Source: Camelus ferus (taxonomy: Eukaryota). Taken from it: DNA of 64,000 bases. Below, one piece after another: positions 63,421 to 64,000 of this stretch; position 1 is the stretch's first letter; each line of letters opens with the position of its first letter. Below the pieces are notes generated by a model that saw only the letters and a list, made by a program, of their open reading frames with translations, was not told where the DNA came from and searched no databases. Both the position numbers and the translations under genes were made by a program. The stretch is from NCBI RefSeq assembly GCF_009834535.1, contig NC_045696.1:45324001-45388000 (forward strand), in the 5' to 3' direction.

Positions 63421-64000
63421 GAAATAACAAGAACTGGGTATCTAATTCATGCCAGAGCTTTGATCTCCACCTTGCACTTCCTTTGCTGTTACTATGTTTC
63501 TGTACTTGATAACTTTGCCTGACAAGGTCTTCAGAGTTCCATGTGCTGACTTCAGGACTTGAACCTTATGAATGTTACTTATTCAGCACTGGATGCACAA
63601 AGGCTGACACTTAACAGTCATTTGTGGTGCTGAGGGAAAAATAAAGTTAGTATTTTCCTCATAGAGATGTCTGCAGCGGCAAAAGCCCCAGCTACCGTTC
63701 CCCCCCAAAGGAACCTGCCCCAATGCCAGACGTCCTCTCATAATTCCTGATCATTCAGGAAGTTCAAAGCATACAGTTCTCCCACTTAAGAGCATTTGTG
63801 GGGAGGTCTCTGTTATCACATCATTTTGGAGTTAGAAAGTCTTGCCTCCTCTAGAAGCAGCCATCTGGAATCTCTATTAGTAAAGCAGAGAGATCCAATT
63901 ACAAGCATCTATTTGTAGGGGAAACTCCTGTCAGCTCTTAAAGGAAACTATTCTATGGTGCCAAGGCCTGGCTGGTTCACCTATGGGAAATAAACTCAGG

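Noticed and set aside
1..64000. A novel multi-gene or prokaryote-style system
   Set aside because: No long ORFs, operon structure, arrays or compositionally foreign segment were seen; the window is explained by mammalian repeats and non-coding DNA.

Overview
AT-rich, CpG-depleted mammalian genomic DNA, most likely from a camelid (two tRNA-Ala-derived Vic-1-type SINEs plus camelid-like L1 3' ends). I find no recognisable protein-coding exon, CpG island, RNA gene, CRISPR array or prokaryotic feature. The ORF-track hits are L1 fossils or chance ORFs. The window is an intronic or intergenic mosaic of transposable elements: L1, L2, L3/CR1, MIR, MaLR/ERVL/ERV1 solo LTRs and hAT and Tc1/mariner DNA transposons. 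Repeat family names come from recalled consensus features, not from a database search, and many boundaries are approximate. I cannot support a new biological system here. The best leads are: (1) a ~515-bp TIR-bounded element keeping a fossil DD40/41D (rosa/Visitor-type) transposase C-terminus; (2) strand bias of L1s and LTRs implying an unseen minus-strand host transcript, with a candidate minus-strand TATA promoter and exon at 19.3-19.7 kb; (3) an L1 with a double A-tail (mini 3' transduction); (4) a ~670-bp foreign block with a terminal-exon-like structure inserted into an old L1; (5) an L1 with a microhomology-bounded ~1.1-kb internal deletion.
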